In this document: positions 1 to 13,930 of the stretch, one piece after another
Layout: each line of letters opens with the position of its first letter
How positions within the stretch are numbered: position 1 is the stretch's first letter
DNA from: Macrostomum lignano
Lineage: Eukaryota
Length of the DNA stretch: 64,000 nucleotides
Assembly: GCA_002269645.1 (NCBI GenBank)
Contig: NIVC01001346.1
Coordinates: 62,001-126,000 of the forward strand
Direction: 5' to 3'
Position numbers and translations under genes: made by a program
Notes under the pieces: generated by a model
What the model was told of the DNA's origin: nothing
What the model saw: only the letters and a program-made list of their open reading frames with translations
Database searches by the model: none

Positions 1-600
1 ATCCGATTCTATCCATCCTATCCGATTCTATCCCATCCTATCCGATTTAATCCTATCCTATCCGATTCTATCCTATCATATCCGATTCTATCCATCCTAT
101 CCGATTCTATCCCATCCTATCCGATTTAATCCTATCCTATCCGATTCTATCCCATCCTATCCGATTTAATCCTATCCTATCCGATTTAATCCTATCCTAT
201 CCGATTCTATCCATCCTATCCGATTCTATCCCATCCTATCCGATTTAATCCTATCCTATCCGATTCTATCCTATCCTATCCGATTCTATCCCATCCTATC
301 CGATTCTATCCCATCCTATCCGATTTAATCCTATCCTATCCGATTCTATCCCATCCTATCCGATTCTATCCCATCCTATCCGATTCTATCCATCCTATCC
401 GATTCTATCCCATCCTATCCGATTCTATCCCATCCTATCCGATTCTATCCCATCCTATCCGATTCTATCCCATCCTATCCGATTCTATCCCATCCTATCC
501 GATTCTATCCCATCCTATCCGATTCTATCCCATCCTATCCGATTCTATCCCATCCTATCCGATTCTATCCCATCCTATCCCATCTCATCCAATCCCATCC
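1..600. repeat. Pentamer-derived 19-20 bp satellite (ATCCGATTCTATCCCATCCT)n
   Basis: Tandem units read directly; array runs off the left edge. Confidence 0.95.
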
Positions 601-769
601 ATCTTATCTTATTCACTACTATCCCACACCATTTTATCTTCTTAAACTCCATCAATTCTATTCCATTTCATCTGATCCAATACAGCTCCCTCTTATCTTA
701 CTCCGTCATACCTAAGCGCAAAAAAGTACAAATACAAGCGTAAAATTGGGTCACATCTCAATATTCCAG

Positions 770-1323
770 CAACGGCAGCGAATGCCACCAGCATGAGCAG
801 CAACAGCACCCCCGAGGCAGCGATCTGCCCGCCAACAGTTCCAACTTGCCCGACTGGCACGGTAAGCGTTATCGTTGAACATGGCGCTGCCGCCGTCGAC
901 TACATTGACGACTGCACGGCGGCGCAGCGCCAGACTGTCGTCTGCGAGCCGCTGCTGGCTCCGCTGACACCGACTCCGCCGCCGCCGTCGACTCCGACGC
1001 CGCCCGTAGCTCCGCCCTGCCCATCGGAGCCTCCGACGAGATGTCAGCCAGGCGAGCTGGCGTTGCCGCTGGTGTCGGCCCGCTGGCCCCGGTGGTGCCC
1101 CCCTCGGCTGGCCTGCCTGGCAGTCCGCGCGCCGCCCTGGCTGCCCGTCTGTCCTGGAGCGGCGAACCTCTGCCGCGGTGTCGTTGGCGGCGGCGGCCTG
1201 CGGACGGAACTGAGCGTCACAGAGTTTGGCATCCTCTGCGTTCAGTTGGTCTGCCAGCCAAGCTGGGAGGCAGCGGTTGACTCTTTGTACTTTTGGGGCC
1301 GGAGTGACGATGAAGTTAACTAG
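770..1323 (+). CDS. Probable terminal exon of a Cys/Pro-rich, possibly secreted protein; upstream exons lie outside the window
   Basis: Acceptor atattccag|CA at 769/770 opens the frame of ORF 793..1323 (TAANATSMSSNST...CPPTVPTCPTG...); GC-rich island ending at TAG, then AT-rich sequence. Confidence 0.6.
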
Positions 1324-1637
1324 CCTAAGAAATATTGAAATATACTGTGTAATACCAAAATGCAGAAATATACTTCTAGGAATTAGCAATGGTGCCAAAT
1401 CTTCACTTAATATACAATTCCATGTATATTTCTGATTTATTAAAAACATTTTGCCTTTTATTTTTGCAGTTTCATAAATTGTTGCCACTGCTAGGCTAAT
1501 TTGTATTAAGACTATGCACACGTGGACATAACACTGCTTCGAACAAATGCAGCTAACTAAAACGCTGAATTCCAATTTACTTTTTAATCTATAATTACTA
1601 GATACCGACAAACTCAAGTATTATCTGTGAATTCTTC

Positions 1638-2068
1638 CATCCCATCCCATTCCATCTCATCCCATCCCATCCCATCCCATCCCATCCCATCCCATCCCAT
1701 CCTATTCCATTCCACTCCCTCCCATCCCATCCCATCCCATCCAATCCCATCCCATCCCATCCCATCCAATCCCATCCCATCCCATCCCATCCCATCCCAT
1801 CCCATCCCATCCCATCCCATCCCATCCCATCCCATCCCATCCCATCCCATCCCATCCCATCCCATCAAATCCCATCCCATCCAATCTCATCCCATCCCAT
1901 CCCATCCTATCTCATCCCATCCCATCCCATCCTATTCCATTCCATTCCATTCCATTCCCTCCCATCCCATCCCATCCCATCCCATCTCATCCCATCCCAT
2001 CCCATCCCATACCATCCCATCCCATCCCATCCCATCCCATCCTATTCCATCCCATCCCATCCCATCCC
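1638..2068. repeat. (CCATC)n pentamer microsatellite
   Basis: Direct inspection. Confidence 0.95.
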
Positions 2069-2619
2069 ACGCTCTGACCTAAGCAAGTTTTGAATCGCCC
2101 TTCGTTGCACATGTACGAGCGTAAATAAGACAATGACAGAAAAATCCATGCAGGCTTTTTGCTTTAAGCATGGCGCCGCACTTGGTAAGCCCGGTGCGAC
2201 AGCTCACATATGGAGCTGTGCTGCTGTATACTAGTAATAATAACATTTACAAAACAGCAATACTTTGATAGCAGAGCAGCATGCGGTAATTAACAGAGCA
2301 ATTAAACGGAGCAATTAGTTTTCAAGCGAGCAGCCAGCATCAAAGTGGATATGACCAACAATTAGAAAATGTTCACTAATTGGCCCATTTTTGCGCAACG
2401 AAGCGCAGACTATGATATTTCTTTGATATTGAAATTAAAAAGTGCAAACACGTACTTCAATAGCCATGCTTAACATGGCATAGCGGTATTGATACACTGC
2501 ATCACTCAGCTTGCACATAAAGGGCTCATCTCATGACAGTAAAACACAATCAATATGCATAATATCTTCATTAAAAACTATTTCAAACCATAGAAGCATT
2601 TCCATCTGTATTCTAATTC

Positions 2620-3465
2620 TCATCCTCACATCTTTCTCCCAATCCTAAAATTCTATATCTGAACCATAATCCTCATTCCCATCATCATCCTGATCCTCAC
2701 TCCCATCCTCATCCTGATCCTCATTCCCATCATCATCCTGATCCTCACTCCCATCCTCATCCTGATCCTCATTCCCATCATCATCCTGATCCTCATTCCC
2801 ATCATCATCCTGATCCTCACTCCCATCCTCATCCTGATCCTCATTCCCATCATCATCCTGATCCTCATTCCCATCCTCATCCTGATCCTCACTTCCATCC
2901 TCATCCTGATCCTCATTCCCATCATCATCCTGATCCTCATTCCCAACATCATCCTGATCCTTATTCCCATCATCATCCTGATCCTCATTCCCATCATCAT
3001 CCTGATCCTTATTCCCATCATCATCCTGATCCTCATTCCCATCATCATCCTGATCCTCATTCCCATCATCATCCTGATCCTCATTCCCATCATCATCCTG
3101 ATCCTTATTCCCATCATCATCCTGATCCTCATTCCCATCATCATCCTGATCCTCATTCCCATCATCATCCTGATCCTTATTCCCATCATCATCCTGATCC
3201 TCATTCCCATCATCATCCTGATCCTCATTCCCATCCTCATCCTGATCCTCATTCCCATCATCATCCTGATCATCATCCCCATCATCATCCTGATCCTTAT
3301 TCCCATCATCATCCTGATCCTCATTCCCATCATCATCATGATCCTCATTTCCATCCTCATCCTGATCTTCACTCCCATCCTCATCCTGATCCTCATTTCC
3401 ATCCTCATCCTGATCCTCATTCCCATCATCATCCTGATCCTCATCCCCATCATTCTGATCATCAT
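2620..3465. repeat. 24-bp minisatellite (CATCATCCTGATCCTCATTCCCAT)n just downstream of the syndecan stop codon
   Basis: 24-bp period; source of the spurious NEDQDDDG ORF. Confidence 0.95.
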
Positions 3466-3566
3466 TCTCATAATTCAAAAGCAGAATCATGTAGCAAATA
3501 TTTAACTACATGTAAGTGAGTTTCCTGATATCGGTAAAACTGCCGAATCCCTTCAAGCACGCAGTT

Positions 3567-3838
3567 TTAAGCGTAGAATTCCCTAGTGGGCGCTTTCTGA
3601 TACTCGCTACTGGCCGGCGCTTTCTTCCCCGGGTCCAGCGAGTAGGAGCCCTCGTCCGCTTTGCGCTTCCGATAGATGCAAAACGCTATCAGAGCTACTA
3701 TAAGTAGGACACCCGCGGTGCCACCGGCAACGATGCCAATTAGGGCCGTCGGCTGCACGAGGGCCGACTCTGAGCTGGCCGGAGCGGCCGAGTTCGTTGT
3801 GCTGTCCGACATGTCCTCTGTGGAAGTGGTTGGGGGAT
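3567..3838 (-). CDS. sdc: Syndecan-like gene exon 5: Ser/Thr stalk, TM helix and syndecan cytoplasmic tail
   Basis: Acceptor ctcctgcag|AT (phase 1). Encodes DPPTTSTEDMSDSTT...LIGIVAGGTAGVLLIVALIAFCIYRKRKADEGSYSL...YQKAPTREFYA*: GxxxG, C1-like RKRKADEGSY and C2 EFYA are syndecan hallmarks. Confidence 0.95.
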
Positions 3839-3949
3839 CTGCAGGAGTGAAGCTCGCAATTTAATACCTTTTTGCAATATACCGACGCTTATCCAGCTCT
3901 GTTTAATTACTGACTCTGGGATAATCTCCTAACAAATCCCACCATTCCT

Positions 3950-4750
3950 ATCTATTCTATCCCATACATTCCTATCTCATCTAATCCCGTCACACACTAT
4001 CATATCCAATACCATACCATCCCATCCTTATCCTATTCAATCCTATTCTATTCCATCCCATCCTATCCCATTCCATCCCATCCCAGCCTATCCCATCCCA
4101 TCCCATCCCATCCCATATCATACCATCCCATCCTATTCCATTCCATTCCCTCCCATCCTATTCCATCCCATCCCATCCCATCCCATCCCATCCTATCTCA
4201 TCCCATCCCATCCCATCCCATCCCATCCCATCCTATCTCATCCCATCCCATCCCATCCCATCCCATCCCATCCCATCCTATTCCATCCCATCCCATCCTA
4301 TCCCATTCCATCCCATCCCAGCCTATCCCATCCCATCCCATCCCATCCCATCCCATATCATACCATCCCATCCTATTCCATTCCATTCCCTCCCATCCTA
4401 TTCCATCCCATCCCATCCCATCCATCCCATCCTATCTCATCCCATCCCATCCCATCCCATCCCATCCCATCCTATTCCATCCCATCCTATCCTATCCCAT
4501 CCCATCCCATCCCATCCTATCCCATCCCATCCTATCCCATCCCATCCCAGCCTATCCCATACCATCCCAGCCTATCCCATCCCATCTCATTTTATCCCAT
4601 CTCAGCCTATCCTATCCTATCCTATCTTATTCCATACTACCCAATCCCACCCCATATCATCTCACCCCATGCCATCTCACCCCATCCCATCCCATCCATA
4701 CTATTCTATCCTATCCCAACCCACCCCATCTCATTCTATTCCGTCCTAAC
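3950..4750. repeat. (CCATC/CTATC)n pentamer microsatellite in syndecan intron 4
   Basis: Direct inspection. Confidence 0.95.
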
Positions 4751-6186
4751 CGATCCCATTTCATCTTCAATTGATAATTTTAATCTATTTAGCACAGGCG
4801 AATCTCACATTCTTACCTCTGTGTCCAGTTGTTGGCTTCTAAAATGGAAAAAGTGGTAAAGAAAATATTAGAAGAATAATCATTCTTGCTAAAGAGGCTT
4901 GTCTTCATGTGCGAGCAACTACGGACGAATAGTTGCACTCAGATCGTGAAGATGAAAGAAGGATCGAGAAGAACGAGAAAGATCTGCCGTAGAGTTGCAG
5001 GGGTAGGGGTTGAGAGGAAGTCGAGAGGGGGGGCAGAGAGGGAGCATGGTAAGGGAAGACGGGGCCGGAGATGTAGATTAAGTGCCGCATAGCTACTGCA
5101 TTGGAATTATCAAAAAGCTACCTAGATTAAGCGCTAGATTAACAGTTGAGATCGAGACATGTGGAAATGGTACTCGCTTTGAGACGCTCTCAAGGGAATT
5201 TGAGCAGCACAAAAGTCAGAGCAAACTGCATGAAGGAAACTCACCAAAAAAAGGGCTTCTTAGACAGCTATGTTTTTACGAGGAAATAAGCAGGTTAAAA
5301 AGCTACAATAAAGTGGATTGATAGGGAATCTATCATTCAGAGCTTGCAGCGGTCCATGAAGGCTTTCATTTTGAGTTTTTTGTAGTCGACTGCTGGCACA
5401 CTCTCTGGTGGTCTGCGTTCAGACACGCGGCAACGGGGGGGGGTCTCAGGCGGCGCTTCCCTAGCTCAGCTGCTCCACCAGCGTCCCGGACCGCCTGCTC
5501 CCCTTTGCTCTGCTCTCTTAAGAGCCCCACCGCCCCATCCCCCTCCCCTCCTCTTCTTTCGGCGTCCCCCCGCCCTCCCCCACCTTGGTTGCCGTCGCCC
5601 AGCCACGGTCCGCCACTTTGCAAACCCGTCGCCTTGCGCGGATTTGGTAGCTGCTTCCCCTGCTGCGCCAAGATGGGAGACTGGGAGGATGAGGGCGCGA
5701 ACGAACACTTGGAGGCAGAGGAAGACTGGATGCTTGTGGGGGGTGGGAGGCGGCTGTGGAGAGCAGGGAAGAGAGGGGGGAAAGAGAGAGGGATAGAGAA
5801 GTGGGAAAAGCGGGCATCAGGCGCTAAACTCGGATCGAGGGGATTGGGATCGGGTGGGGTGGGATTAGCCTGCCTTGGTTTGCCTGCCTGTCTGTCTGCC
5901 GGTCTGTCTGACTTGAAACTTGTTTTTTGGCGGGGCGGCGGCGCGAGAAAGGAAAAGTGATGATGCTCCTTGCCAACATCGCCCCTAGCTCATTCCAGCC
6001 TCATATAACTTTCTCCGTCAGGATTCGCTGTCTCCCTCTCTGCCCCCGTCGCCCAAGAAGTGCAGACAGTGTCCAGCTGAGGCCGCTTCATCTGCCCACC
6101 TTGCCTCTCCGAGGGCGGGGCGGAATGAGACCGAAGGGACAGACGCCAAGGGGGTCGCTTTACAAACTAGAAACTTCACCACCTTG

Positions 6187-6490
6187 AAGCTACACAAACT
6201 AAATAATTTTAGGTTTTTTGTGGATGATAGTTTTCACAAACTAAAGAAGCTTCACAAACTAAATAATTTTAGGTTTTTTGTGGATGATAGTTTTCACAAA
6301 CTAAAAAAGCTTCACAAACTAAAGAAATTTACTTTACAAACTGAATAACCTTCAAAAACTAAATAGTCTTCTCAACTAAATAACCGTAACAAACTAAAGA
6401 AGCTTCACAAACTAAAGAAGCTTCACAAACTAAATAAGCTTCACAAACTAAAGAAGCTTCACAAACTAAAGAAGCTTCACAAAGTAAAGA
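6187..6490. repeat. About 18-bp repeat (GAAGCTTCACAAACTAAA) including a duplicated block of about 63 bp
   Basis: Direct inspection. Confidence 0.85.
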
Positions 6491-7320
6491 AACTGGCTGG
6501 CAGTCCGATGAGGGGAATGGCGAGGTTATAAGAGGATAGCAATATATTCTATGTGTTTTTATTAATAGTCAGATCAAGGACTCCCAAAATAAGTAGCTGG
6601 ATTTTGGAACGAAAAAATAAGCTCTGAATAGAACGGAATTGCATGCTTGTGTTTAAGGTTAGTTTTAAGACTATTTTTTATGAAAAAAAATGAACTAAAA
6701 CCAAAGTGGTGAATTGGCTCTCTCAATGGATTAAATAAGAAGCTTTCTGCTAATTTTTCCGAACTCTGCAATTATCATGTACGAGTACCTAATACCCTCT
6801 CCTCTATCTCTATTCTCTCCCTTTTCCTCTCTCATCTAGCCTTTAAGGTTGAAAGCTTGCGGACATCTACTATAGAAAGAGGTTAAACTCGATCGGCCTT
6901 CTTGTGTCCCAGTCAAAGTGTTACTTTTCGAGGTTCACGAATCAATACGCGGCCGAAATCCTCCTAATTTTCCTTCGTTAATGTTCCGGTTAGCAAGAGC
7001 CTCGGGGGAGGTGGGGTGGGGGATTTCACGCGACACAAACTACAGAATCCAGCGGCTCTGCCTTCCCAATGTTCCGCCCACCGCAAGGCAGCCGCATGGA
7101 ACAAGGAACAAGAACAAACCCAAATGCTGAAAAAGAATAAAAGCATGAGATTTAGGGCTAGCCAGGGCCTGGATTCCATCTGGACAATAAACTTGGCTGT
7201 CCTGTCTGCGAGTTGCATTTTGTGGTTAAGAAAGGTTTTGGGCTTTTACGAAGGCACTTTTCGACTGATGTGTTTGGAGACCTGGGGATAGGCAAAAGGC
7301 TTAAAAATGAATATTTCCCA

Positions 7321-7950
7321 AGGCACTCGGGGCTGCAAGGAGTGACTAATTCTCAGGCACTCGGGGCTGCAAGGAGTGACTAATTCTCAGGCACTCGGGG
7401 CTGAATGGAGTGACTAATTCTCAGGCACTCGGGGCTGAATGGAGTGACTAATTCTCAGGCACTCGGGGCTGAATGGAGTGACTAATTCTCAGGCACTCGG
7501 GGCTGAATGGAGTGACTAATTCTCAGGCACTCGGGGCTGAATGGAGTGACTAATTCTCAGTCACTCGGGGCAGGGAGTGACTAATTCTCAGTCACTCGGG
7601 GCAGGGAGTGACTAATTCTCAGGCACTCATGGCTGAATGGAGTGACTAATTCTCAGTTACTCAAGGCTGAATGGAGTGACTAATTCTCAGTCACTCGGAG
7701 CTGAATCGAGTGACTAATTCTTAGGCACTCGGAGCTTAATGGAGTGACTAATTCTCAGGCACTCGGATTTGAATGGAGTGACTAATTCTCAGTAACTCGG
7801 GGCTGAATGGAGTGTCTAATTCTCAGGCACTCGGGGCTGCAAGGAGTGACTAATTCTCAGTCACTCGGGGCTGAATGGAGTGACTAATTCTCAGGCACTC
7901 GGGGCTGAATGGAGTGACTAATTCTCAGTCACTCGGGGCAGGGAGTGACT
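7321..7950. repeat. 34-bp minisatellite (GGCACTCGGGGCTGAATGGAGTGACTAATTCTCA)n
   Basis: Direct inspection. Confidence 0.95.
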
Positions 7951-8504
7951 ACTTTCCTGGAGAGCCAGTTCTGAGCTTCCTCCTTCAGCGGTATATTTCC
8001 AAGGGATTTCATTGCCACGCACTATTTGCTTTCCGCTTCATTCGGGCGACAGCCAAAAATGGAGGTGGTGGGGAATTCTTATTCCCCAATTCCCAATCGC
8101 CGCTCCGCATGGCCGAATCGCGGGAGGAGACAAGATTGAAAACGGATTCCATGGGCAGACGGAGGCCAGCGGGGTTGGGTGGGTCCCACTCCAGGCTTTG
8201 GCAGAATCCCCCCCACCCCCTTCCCCCGGAATTGCCGCTTGGGGCCGAGAAATAAGAGGGTTTGAAATCCTTTCGAGCTGAAAGCAATTTGCCCGGGCCC
8301 CGAGGCCGACTGATTGTGTTGTGAAGCGGCCAGTCCGCCTTGGAAGGACTCCGCCTTGCACCGATTTTCCTTCTCATGTGCCTCCCCTCGGGATAAGACT
8401 ATGCAGCCCCATTCTGCTTGCCTGTCTGACCTGTCTGCCTGCATTCATAATCATAGTGCTCTTTAATTCTTGTTCTTCGCTTCCAGTTTTCTCTGCATCC
8501 TCTC

Positions 8505-9305
8505 ACTGAGTCCACCTCTCCCTGAGTCCACCTTCCCTGAGTCTACCTCTCCCTAAGTCCACCTCTCCCTGAGTCCACCGCTCCCTGAGTCCACCTCTCC
8601 CTGAGTCCACCTCTCCCTGAGTCTACCTCTCCCTGAGTCTATCCTCCCTAAGTCCACCTCTCCCTGAGTCCACCTCTCCCTGAGTCCACCTCTCCCTGAG
8701 TCCACCTCTCCCTGAGTCCACCTCTCCCTGAGTCCACCTCTCCCTGAGTCCACCTCTCCCTGAGTCCACCTCTCCCTGAGTCCACCTCTCCCTGAGTCCA
8801 CCGCTCCCTGAGTCCACCGCTCCCTGAGTCCACCTCTCCCTGAGTCCACCGCTCCCTGAGTCCGCCTCTCCCTGAGTCCACCTTTCCCTGAGTCCACCTC
8901 TCCCTGAGTCTACCTCTCCCTGAGTCCACCTCTCCCCGAGTCCACCTCTCCCTGAGTCCACCTCTCCCTGAGTCCACCTCTCCCTGAGTCTACCTCTCCC
9001 TGAGTCCACCTCTCCCTGAGTCCACCTCTCCCTGAGTCCACCTCTCCCTGAGTCCACCTCTCCCCGAGTCCACCTCTCCCTGAGTCCACCTCTCCCTGAG
9101 TCCACCTCTCCCTGAGTCCACCTCTCCCTGAGTCCACCTCTCCCTGAGTCCACCTCTCCCTGAGTCCACCTCTCCCCGAGTCCACCGCTCCCTGAGTCCA
9201 CCTCTCCCTGAGTCCACCTCTCCCTGAGACCACCGCTCCCTGAGTCCACCGCTCCCCGAGTCCACCTCTCCCTGAGTCCGCCTCTCCCTGAGTCCACCTC
9301 TCTGA
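8505..9305. repeat. 16-bp minisatellite (CCTGAGTCCACCTCTC)n
   Basis: Direct inspection. Confidence 0.95.
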
Positions 9306-10194
9306 GACCCAGGTTTGTAAAGAATTAATATTAGACTATACGGAACCTTAACTAAAACTGAGCACGCGGTTGCATGACCTGCCGTATACTGACATGCAGC
9401 CGCAACTAATAAGAAAGAAGTTAATATTATAAAGGCAATAAAAAGCAGGGTACAGAGCACAGCAAAGAAAGAGAAGAGGCCACTTCAGTAGGCTGGAGAG
9501 GGAGGCCATTTGAGTAAATAGATATTGATTGATGGAGCGAGGGCCTCAGCTGCTACCCTCTAAGCCCCCCCCCCGCGTCCAAGTTCGATCCCACCTCCCC
9601 TCCCAACTTCCTTGACAGCTGCTTCTCTGTGCAACCGGGGAGAGTAGCCCCCGGGTGTCCTCAGCAGCCCCGGGGATCTGGGATCTGTCTTAACGGTATT
9701 CGCTACGGGTCAACCAGGCTTTCCTTGCGCAGCTGCCCCCCTCCCCGAAAATTGATTGACAGTAGAACGCAGAATTTTTACACTACAATTCTCTAGAAAA
9801 AATATATCCTAAGTATGCTACTTACTCCCAAAATAAGTAGTGTCAATCGAACACATATTTAGTTATTTTTTGTTTGCAGAGGCCTTTTTGGCAACCGCCA
9901 GCGAGGAAGGCAAGCCGACAGTAAGCCTATTCTGCGCAACCCTAAGCATAAAAACAGTCTAGTCGGATACGTACACAGGCACACGCTCACACAGGGTGTA
10001 CAGTGGCCTATGTGCACTCTCTGATCCATGGGATCCCAAATCGGACTTTGGCCCTGCTTACCTTGTCATTCGTTTCCCCTGTCGGCGATATTCGATTCGA
10101 ATGATGGTCGGACTTGTCTGGAGAGATCAAACAGTTTTAAAAGGCTCATTTTTCAAAAGTTCAATTGGATAATAAAAGAAGCTTTCTCACTCAC

Positions 10195-10385
10195 CGGAAG
10201 CTGCCCCGCCGCTGATTAGCCAGAACCGGCGCGAGCCGATCACAAATGGCTTGTTGGCGAACGACCCGCCGCTCATGCCGTCCTCCAGAATCCGGCGGAG
10301 TCCCGATCTGGTCGGGTTGGCGTCGTCGGATGGCGGGTGGCCCCGAGAGGTCAGGTTCACGGTCACGGTCAAGGCCTGCCTCGTG
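10195..10385 (-). CDS. sdc: Syndecan-like gene exon 4: second half of the SEA domain
   Basis: Branch-like tactaat, acceptor ccgagcag|C (phase 2), donor TCCG|gtgagt (phase 1, matches exon 5). Encodes TRQALTVTVNLTSRG...LRRILEDGMSGGSFANKPFVIGSRRFWLISGGAAS. Confidence 0.8.
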
Positions 10386-10479
10386 CTGCTCGGGTTTGAT
10401 TAGTAAAAGAACTCCAATTAATGTCTTTGTGGTAGAGGAGGAAATGGAAAAACCTACTAAAGATTATGTTGACCTGCTA

Positions 10480-10830
10480 CCATACCTGAGGTCCTAATGA
10501 CCTACTACCCTCCCTGAGGTCCTATTAACCTGATACCCTCCCTGAGGTCCTATTAACCTGATACCCTCCCTGAGGTCCTGTTGACCTGATACCCTCCCTG
10601 AGGTTCTATTGACTTGATACCCTCCCTGAGGTCCTGTTAACCTGATACCCTCCCTGAGGTCCTGTTGACCTGATACCTTCCCTGAGGTCCTGTTAACCTG
10701 ATACCTTCCCAGAGGTCCTATTAACCTGATACCCTCCCTGAGGTCCTGTTGACCTGATACCCTCCCTGAGGTTATATTGACTTGATACCCTCCCTGAGGT
10801 CCTGTTGACCTGCTACCCTCTCTGAGGTCC
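10480..10830. repeat. 28-bp minisatellite (CCCTCCCTGAGGTCCTGTTAACCTGATA)n
   Basis: Direct inspection. Confidence 0.95.
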
Positions 10831-11504
10831 TGAGTGATCGCCACCACTTCTGAAATCCTTAATGGAAGCCACCTTTCATGAGATGCTGATGGTTTAAACT
10901 ACCTAACCATACTACTGTCAGTTAATTTAAAAGTAACTCATAAGAACATGCATTGACAAAGGACCAGTTTGACAAAGCCTAAAAAATACATCAAAGCAAA
11001 AACAAACAAAACAGATCCAACGGGCATAGCAAAAAGCGCTGCGCATTAACTTAAAACGACAGTTTTGCCTTATACTGAAATAATTTACTATATTATCTGT
11101 ACTTAATAACATTAACGTTAGGAACTGGACTGCTTCGACGTCAAAGTATTGCGTCGCTAAGCCCTCAATAGAGCCCACACTCTCAGCTAGTTAACACTTA
11201 CGCTCGCAATATAGTGCTCATTTGAATAGCATTGAGTGACCCGTTGATCGCTAACCAGCATTAGATCTGTCTGTGCCATTGTTATTCAGGCCCAAGTTCA
11301 GCTCGTTCACCATCTATTTAGCTAACATGATCTGCTACAGGCCAGATCTGCGAGTAATTGATACAACTGCTCTGGATGTATGTGCAACTTTGTCAACATT
11401 TCCAGCCAATTTTGACTTTCGCATGACTACATGCTCCCATGTTTCAAGGCCGATTGCTGCGAACAGAACGGCTGATGCAGTTCCGCTGTACCGGTTTTTC
11501 CGCT

Positions 11505-12380
11505 CCATCCATCCATCCATCCATCCATCCATCCATCCATCCATCCATCCATCCATCCATCCATCCATCCATCCATCCATCCATCCATCCATCAATCCAT
11601 CCATCCACCCATCCATCCACCCATCCATCCACCCATCCATCCATCCACCCATCCATCCATCCATCCATCCATCCATACATCCATCCATCCATCCATCCAT
11701 CCATCCACCCAACCATCCATCCATCCATCCATCCATACATCCATACATCCATTCATCCATCCATCCACCCATCCATCCATCCACCCAACCATCCATCCAT
11801 CCATCCATCCATACATCCATCCATCCATACATCCACCCATCCACCCATCCATCCATCCATCCATCCACCCATCCATCCATACATCCATACATCCATTCAT
11901 CCATCCATCCACCCATCCATCCATCCACCCAACCATCCATCCATCCATCCATCCATACATCCATACATCCATTCATCCATCCATCCACCCATCCATCCAT
12001 CCACCCAACCATCCATCCATCCATCCATCCATACATCCATCCATCCATCCATCCACCCATCCATCCATCCATCCACCCATCCACCCAACCATCCATCCGT
12101 CCATCCACCCAACCATCCATCCGTCCATCCATCCATCCATCCATCCATCCATCCACCCATCCACCCAACCATCCATCCGTCCATCCATCCATCCATCCAC
12201 CCATCCACCCAACCATCCATCCGTCCATCCACCCAACCATCCATCCGTCCATCCATCCATCCATCCATCCATCCATCCACCCATCCACCCAACCATCCAT
12301 CCGTCCATCCATCCATCCATCCACCCATCCACCCAACCATCCATCCGTCCATCCATCCATCCATCCGTCCATCCATACAT
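11505..12380. repeat. (CCAT)n tetramer microsatellite
   Basis: Direct inspection. Confidence 0.97.
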
Positions 12381-12929
12381 ACGTCATATATCTTTATATT
12401 CCTGGATGTATTCAAGTCAGTAGAAATCCCACTAAGCTGCATTTAGCAGAGTTTATCAAAGCATTTCAATGGCAAAAGCAATTATTTTTCAAGCAACTTA
12501 ATAGTTTAAGAAAAGTGAATGCCAGACGCAGCGACGCAGACAAATCGCTTTTAAACAGTCGTCTCTGTGAGAAGTTTTGCATTGGCATTCCAGAATCTGT
12601 TCTGCATCACAGCAGCATTTTCATGACACGGGACAGACACTGGGACAGACAGAAGCATTGACTTAGGGGCCTCCGTTTTAATGTCTATTAGAAGTATAAA
12701 TAATGTCGTGTCAAGTATTGAGATCAGCCTGCAGAATACGATTCGCTTCTTGCTTCTGCTTGTGCGTAAAAAACCAATTATTAATATTAATCTGACGGTG
12801 AGCCGTCCAATACCAAGTGCAGAGATTGTGCTACAGAATTATTGAACTTTTTGAGTCTGTCAAACCTTTTTCTAGGGAGTTGCTTGGATTCAGAGTGAGT
12901 GTAAAATAACTCGTGTTGATTCTTCCATA

Positions 12930-13930
12930 TGCAGGGTGGGTGTTTAATGATATCCATGCTGACTGCCCCAGAGTCACCAGAGTCAGGGTGGGTGTTTAAT
13001 GATATCCATGCTGACTGCCCCAGAGTCACCAGAGTCAGGGTGGGTGTTTAATGATATCCATGCTGACTGCCCCAGAGTCACCAGAGTCAGGGTGGGTGTT
13101 TAATGATATCCATGCTGACTGCCCCAGAGTCACCAGAGTCAGGGTGGGTGTTTTATGATATCCATGCTGACTGCCCCAGAGTCACCAGAGTCAGGGTGGG
13201 TGTTTAATGATATCCATGCTGACTGCCCCAGAGTCACCAGAGTCAGGGTGGGTGTTTTATGATATCCATGCTGACTGCCCCAGAGTCAGGGTGGGTGTTT
13301 AATGATATCCATGCTGACTGCCCCAGAGTCACCAGAGTCAGGGTGGGTGTTTAATGATATCCATGCTGACTGCCCCAGAGTCACCAGAGTCAGGGTGGGT
13401 GTTTAATGATATCCATGCTGACTGCCCCAGAATCAGGGTGGGTGTTTAATGATATCCATGCTGACTGCCCCAGAGTCACCAGAGTCAGGGTGGGTGTTTA
13501 ATGATATCCATGCTGACTGCCCTAGAGTCAGGGTGGGTGTTTTATGATATCCATGCTGACTGCCCCAGAGTCACCAGAGTCAGGGTGGGTGTTTAATGAT
13601 ATCCATGCTGACTGCCCCAGATTCACCACCAGAGTCAGGGTGGGTGTTTAATGATATCCATGCTGACTGCCCCAGAATCAGGGTGGGTGTTTAATGATAT
13701 CCATGCTGACTGCCCTAGAGTCAGGGTGGGTGTTTTATGATATCCATGCTGACTGCCCCAGAGTCACCAGAGTCAGGGTGGGTGTTTAATGATATCCATG
13801 CTGACTGCCACAGAGTCAGGGTGGGTGTTTAATGATATCCATGCTGACTGCCCCAGAGTCACCAGAGTCAGGGTGGGTGTTTAATGATATCCATGCTGAC
13901 TGCCCCAGATTCACAACCAGAGTCAGGGTG
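12930..13930. repeat. 52-bp minisatellite with 43-bp deletion variants
   Basis: gactgccc recurs at 12961 and 13013; some units lack the internal 9-bp cagagtcac segment. Confidence 0.95.

Noticed and set aside
2645-3490. 281-aa acidic ORF (NEDQDDDG)n just after the syndecan stop
   Set aside because: Pure translation of a 24-bp minisatellite that is open in several frames; no splice link to the gene, and a related unit recurs intronically at 40845
4886-5960. Several 60-150 aa ORFs in syndecan intron 4
   Set aside because: Purine/pyrimidine-skewed low-complexity sequence, no recognisable domain, and exons 4 and 5 already join in phase
9520-9760. B-box-like GTTCGATCCC suggesting a tRNA or tRNA-derived SINE
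   Set aside because: No convincing A-box, cloverleaf or TSD; a degenerate SINE cannot be excluded without a repeat library
11273-12661. 462-aa and overlapping HPSI/MDGW ORFs
   Set aside because: Translations of (CCAT)n
12930-13930. Regular 34-52 bp repeats (also 7321-7950 and 15013-15603) resembling CRISPR arrays
   Set aside because: Units are head-to-tail with no unique spacers, there are no cas genes, and the context is eukaryotic introns
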